Positions 51,239 through 64,000 of a stretch of 64,000 nt of DNA are shown in pieces. The stretch is taken from positions 310,001-374,000 of the forward strand of contig NIVC01000416.1 in NCBI GenBank assembly GCA_002269645.1, in the 5' to 3' direction. This DNA is from Macrostomum lignano (taxonomy: Eukaryota). Every line of letters starts with the position of its first letter. Position 1 is the stretch's first letter. The position numbers and the translations under genes were made by a program. The notes beneath the pieces are model-generated. The model was not told where the DNA came from. It saw nothing but the letters and a program-made list of their open reading frames with translations, and made no database searches.

Positions 51239-51689
51239 ACGCTGTTAGACTGAGCACCGCAGGCTGCAACCAAAGCTCTATCCTGGATGACCGGTGGTGC
51301 ATGAACACCATCGATGGGAGCCGATCGCAGTCCGGGATGCAGTGCAGCACCACGGACATTGGCCCAGACCAGTGGTGGGAGGCCCAGCTGTCCAAAAAGC
51401 TTCCTTGGCTGAGTACGTTACTATTTACAACAGGCAAGACTGCTGCACCGAATATTTGAACACCTTCTCGATGCTTGTGGACGACTTCGAGTGCAACCGA
51501 GTGAATTTGACCGAACCATTCCAAGAGGCCAACTTCAGCTGCAACGCTTTCGGTAGCAAGTTTCGAGTTCTCATGTTTGAGGCTCGGCATCTCACTCTGT
51601 GCGAAGCGGAGTTGTACGGGCATCAGTTATTGCGGAATAATTGTTTCGTGTTGGTCACACCTGTTTTAAGTCAAACACGTAGAATTTAG
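51239..51689 (+). pseudogene. Divergent F-type lectin domain exon with a frameshift in an A5 run (51394-51398); pseudogene or sequencing error
   Basis: Acceptor TTACAG|AC; TIDGS..CSTT..QWWEAQL in one frame, VTIYNRQDCC..LTLCEAELYG in another. Confidence 0.7.
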
Positions 51690-53449
51690 GTCCGTACATG
51701 TAGCTAAAAACGATTCACTAAAACAAACCAACTTGCTAAACATTTTTTAACTATTTAGAAACAATAATATCAAGATGAATTTATCGTTTTTAAAATTCCT
51801 AGAGCTGACACAATCTCTTAAAATTCTTAAGCAGGATTGTTAAAATTAATGTACCCGTACTTGTATTATGAATATTTTAGTCATAGTATACCTGTATATT
51901 GAAATATTTCATTTAATTATTTCTTCGGAAAAAATTCGTTAACGCGTTTTGGAACTTCAGAGTTGACTCTTTTAATTTAAAGTAACTTTTTAACGCAAAG
52001 TCAATAATATATAACTATCGTCAATATTTTGCAAAAAATGCGTTTAATTTTGCTCGTTTTTTACAGTAAATGTACTGTATAAAGGAACAAAAATTTATTT
52101 TAAAATAAATCACAAAAACACAGCGCATAGCCACTTTATGAAAGACAAGCAAATAGCTTTCAGCAATTAATTGCAGACAAATTGGACAAAATTGCTTTAT
52201 CTCATAAAAATTATTAAACATGCGCTAAATATTACACGTAATTTAAAAGCAGTAGGCTTTTTAGCTACTTAGTCAGTAGTATAAAGCAATTCGTCGGTTG
52301 ACTAATTCGGAAGCAAAAACCAATAAAAAAACAGCACTGCGTCTTGCGGAATAAATGAGCGATTAACTTAAGTGACAAAATAGGCCTATAGACTGTTGCT
52401 AGGCTGCTTACTACATGCAATGCCCAAATAGCCCATTCCGCCCAATAGTCATGGCCCATTCCGCTGGCTCCTGAGCAGAGATACATGGATATGTGAGCAA
52501 GCACACACTCATACAGGGTCTACAGCGGCCCTGACTTTCTAATCCTTGAGATCCTCAAAGGCTTGGCCCTCTGGCAAATTTCGTAGTACACGCGGAATCG
52601 AACCCCAACCCCCCCCCCAATTGAGGATTTCTAAATCTAAATACGATTTCTTGATTTAAAAGCCCTAAACTTGACTAACAGCCATGGACTTCTAAAAATA
52701 GTATCTGGACTGCACTGCCTCTAACAACTTTTCCAAGTTATATATGTTAATCTTAAACCAAAATAAAACGTATTACTTTAAAGTAAGCTGTTGCTTTGAA
52801 CTTATCAGAATACTTTGCAAGACTTTGATGTATCAATGGATTGTATTAATTTTGATAAAATTTAATAAAGCCGAATTAGAATAATTTTATGCACAAACTG
52901 CAGATCTTATATTTTATTATTAGTTTATCTTTTTAAAAATTCTATTAAGCAACAAAAACACACAATTTTGAAATGTTCCACTTGAAATACGTAAAATAAA
53001 ATAAAATAGTTAAGCATATGTGCACGCTGCTATAAGTAGTATCACACCAATGCAGAACAAAGAAATTTATCATTAGGGAAAACAATTGACGCCATTGACA
53101 ACAATCAAAGCTGTCAATCTTAATTAAAAAGAAATCAGACGATGTACTTTGGGAACTAGTTAACCCGGAAATTTTGATCATTTTTAACAAAAAATAAAGC
53201 TACTCAGAAGCCGAAAACATCAAAAGAATAATACAAAAATTACTTTTTATATTTTCGGCAAAATTAAAAGAAATTCGCTACATCAGTGGCATAACCAATC
53301 TTAGACAAATAATGCCCAGTTTAAAGCTGAAAGTTTTTATTGCACAAGACAAACTTTACTACTTACAGTGAATAGCAGTAGTAGAAATAGAAGGACTTTT
53401 TATTTACTTTTTTTCTCTTAGGACTATAATATTCCACAAAAGTGATCTG

Positions 53450-53985
53450 TCAGAACTGATCTGACAGAGATCTGTCACTCCGTGCCAAAGAGATCTGTCA
53501 CTCCAGGACTAAGAGATCTGTTACTCCGTGCCAAAGAGATCTGTCACTCCAGGACTAAAAGATCTGTCACTCCAGGACTAAAAGATTTGTCACTCCAGGA
53601 CTAAAAGATCTGTCACTCAAGGACTAAGAGCTCTGTCACTCCGGGACTAAGAGATCTGTCACTCCGGGACTAAGAGCTCTGTCACTCCAGGACTAAAAGA
53701 TCTGTCACTCAAGGACTAAGAGATCTGTCACTCCAGGACTAAGAGATCTGTCACTCCAGGACTAAGAGATCTGTCACTCCGTGCTAAAGAGATCTGTCAC
53801 TTCGTGCCCAAGAGATCTGTCACTCCATGACTAAGAGATCTGTCACTCGGTGCCAAAGAGATCTGTCACTCCAGGACTAAGAGATCTGTCACTCCAGGAC
53901 TAAGAGATCTGTCACTCCGTGCCCAAGAGATCTGTCACTCTAGGACAAAGAGATCTGTCCCTCCGTGCCAAAGAGATCTGTCACC
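53450..53985. repeat. 23-bp minisatellite (AGAGATCTGTCACTCCAGGACTA)n downstream of the copine stop codon
   Basis: Period 23. Confidence 0.9.
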
Positions 53986-54200
53986 CTGTCGCATTTTCCC
54001 ATGGTAACCAATCCTCAGAAGAAACAATTAAAACTAAAGCTTAATAAGAACAGCTGAACACAAAAAATCAATACAATAACCGCAAGGCAGCCATGGGTTG
54101 AACTGCAGATGAGCCCAACTGACACACAAAAGTACACAGAAGACACAGTTTAAGCAGAGTTGAACAGGGCAGTCATTTTGCATTCAGATCCTCTCCGCCG

Positions 54201-63340
<9,140 letters not shown>

Positions 63341-63416
63341 CTAGAAAGCGGGGCCGAGGTTTAAGGCTTAACTCAATAGGTAAAGAACAGAGGGGTATAA
63401 GATGAGGGCCGGAAAA

Positions 63417-64000
63417 CCCCAGGTGAGGGTCATAAACCCAAAGTGATGTTCGTAAAAATCTTAAGGTGAGCCATAAAACCTCAGGTAAGAGCCATAAAAC
63501 CCCAGGTGAGGGCCATAAAACCCCAGGTGAGGGCCATAAAACCCTAGGTGAGGGCCATAAAACCCCAGGTGAGGGCCATAAAACCCCAGATGAGGGCCAT
63601 AAAACCCCAGGTGAGGGCCATAAAACCCCAGGTGAGGGCCACAAAACCCCAGGTGAGGGCCATAAAACCCCAGGTGAGGGCCATAAAACCCCAGATGAGG
63701 GCCATAAACCCCCCCCCCAGGTGAGGGCCATAAAACCCCAGGTGAGGGCCATAAAACCCCAGATGAGGGCCATAAACCCACCAGGTGAGGGCCATAAAAC
63801 CCCAGGTGAGGGCCATAAAACCCCAGGTGAGGGCCATAAAACCGCAGGTGAGAGCCATAAAATCCCAGGTGAGGGCCATAAACCCCAGGTGAGGGCCATA
63901 AAATCCCAGGTGAGGGCCATAAAACCGCAGGTGAGAGCCATAAAATCCCAGGTGAGGGCCATAAAACCCCAGGTGAGGGCCATAAAATCCCAGGTGAGGG
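63417..64000. repeat. 21-bp minisatellite (CCCCAGGTGAGGGCCATAAAA)n, copine intron, runs off the window
   Basis: Period 21. Confidence 0.95.

Overview
Animal (metazoan) genomic DNA with GC-rich spliced exons in AT-rich, repeat-dense surroundings; a free-living flatworm such as Macrostomum is plausible but unverified. Genes rebuilt by hand from GT-AG boundaries and reading-frame continuity: SRP72 (8 exons, minus, 1028-17338), a secreted protein with three tandem F-type lectin domains (plus, 20215 to >=26070), UQCRH (minus), GAPDH (2 exons, minus), an orphan frameshifted F-type lectin exon (plus, ~51.2 kb) and the 3' ten exons of a copine (minus, 54201-63340, continuing past the window). Most long ORFs in the track are artefacts of tandem repeats. 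The most striking pattern: every intron over 500 bp except SRP72 intron 1 holds its own tandem array (mostly 16-39 bp minisatellite units). The window also shows two possible routes by which such arrays arise or spread: foldback DNA transposons whose subterminal repeats have expanded, and a 1.6-kb copy of a copine exon-intron segment, minisatellite included, inserted 8.5 kb away between direct repeats. Many non-autonomous TIR elements, two CORE-type SINEs, a probable solo LTR and a decayed PHD/FLYWCH MULE are also present. No CRISPR array, rRNA or convincing tRNA gene was found.
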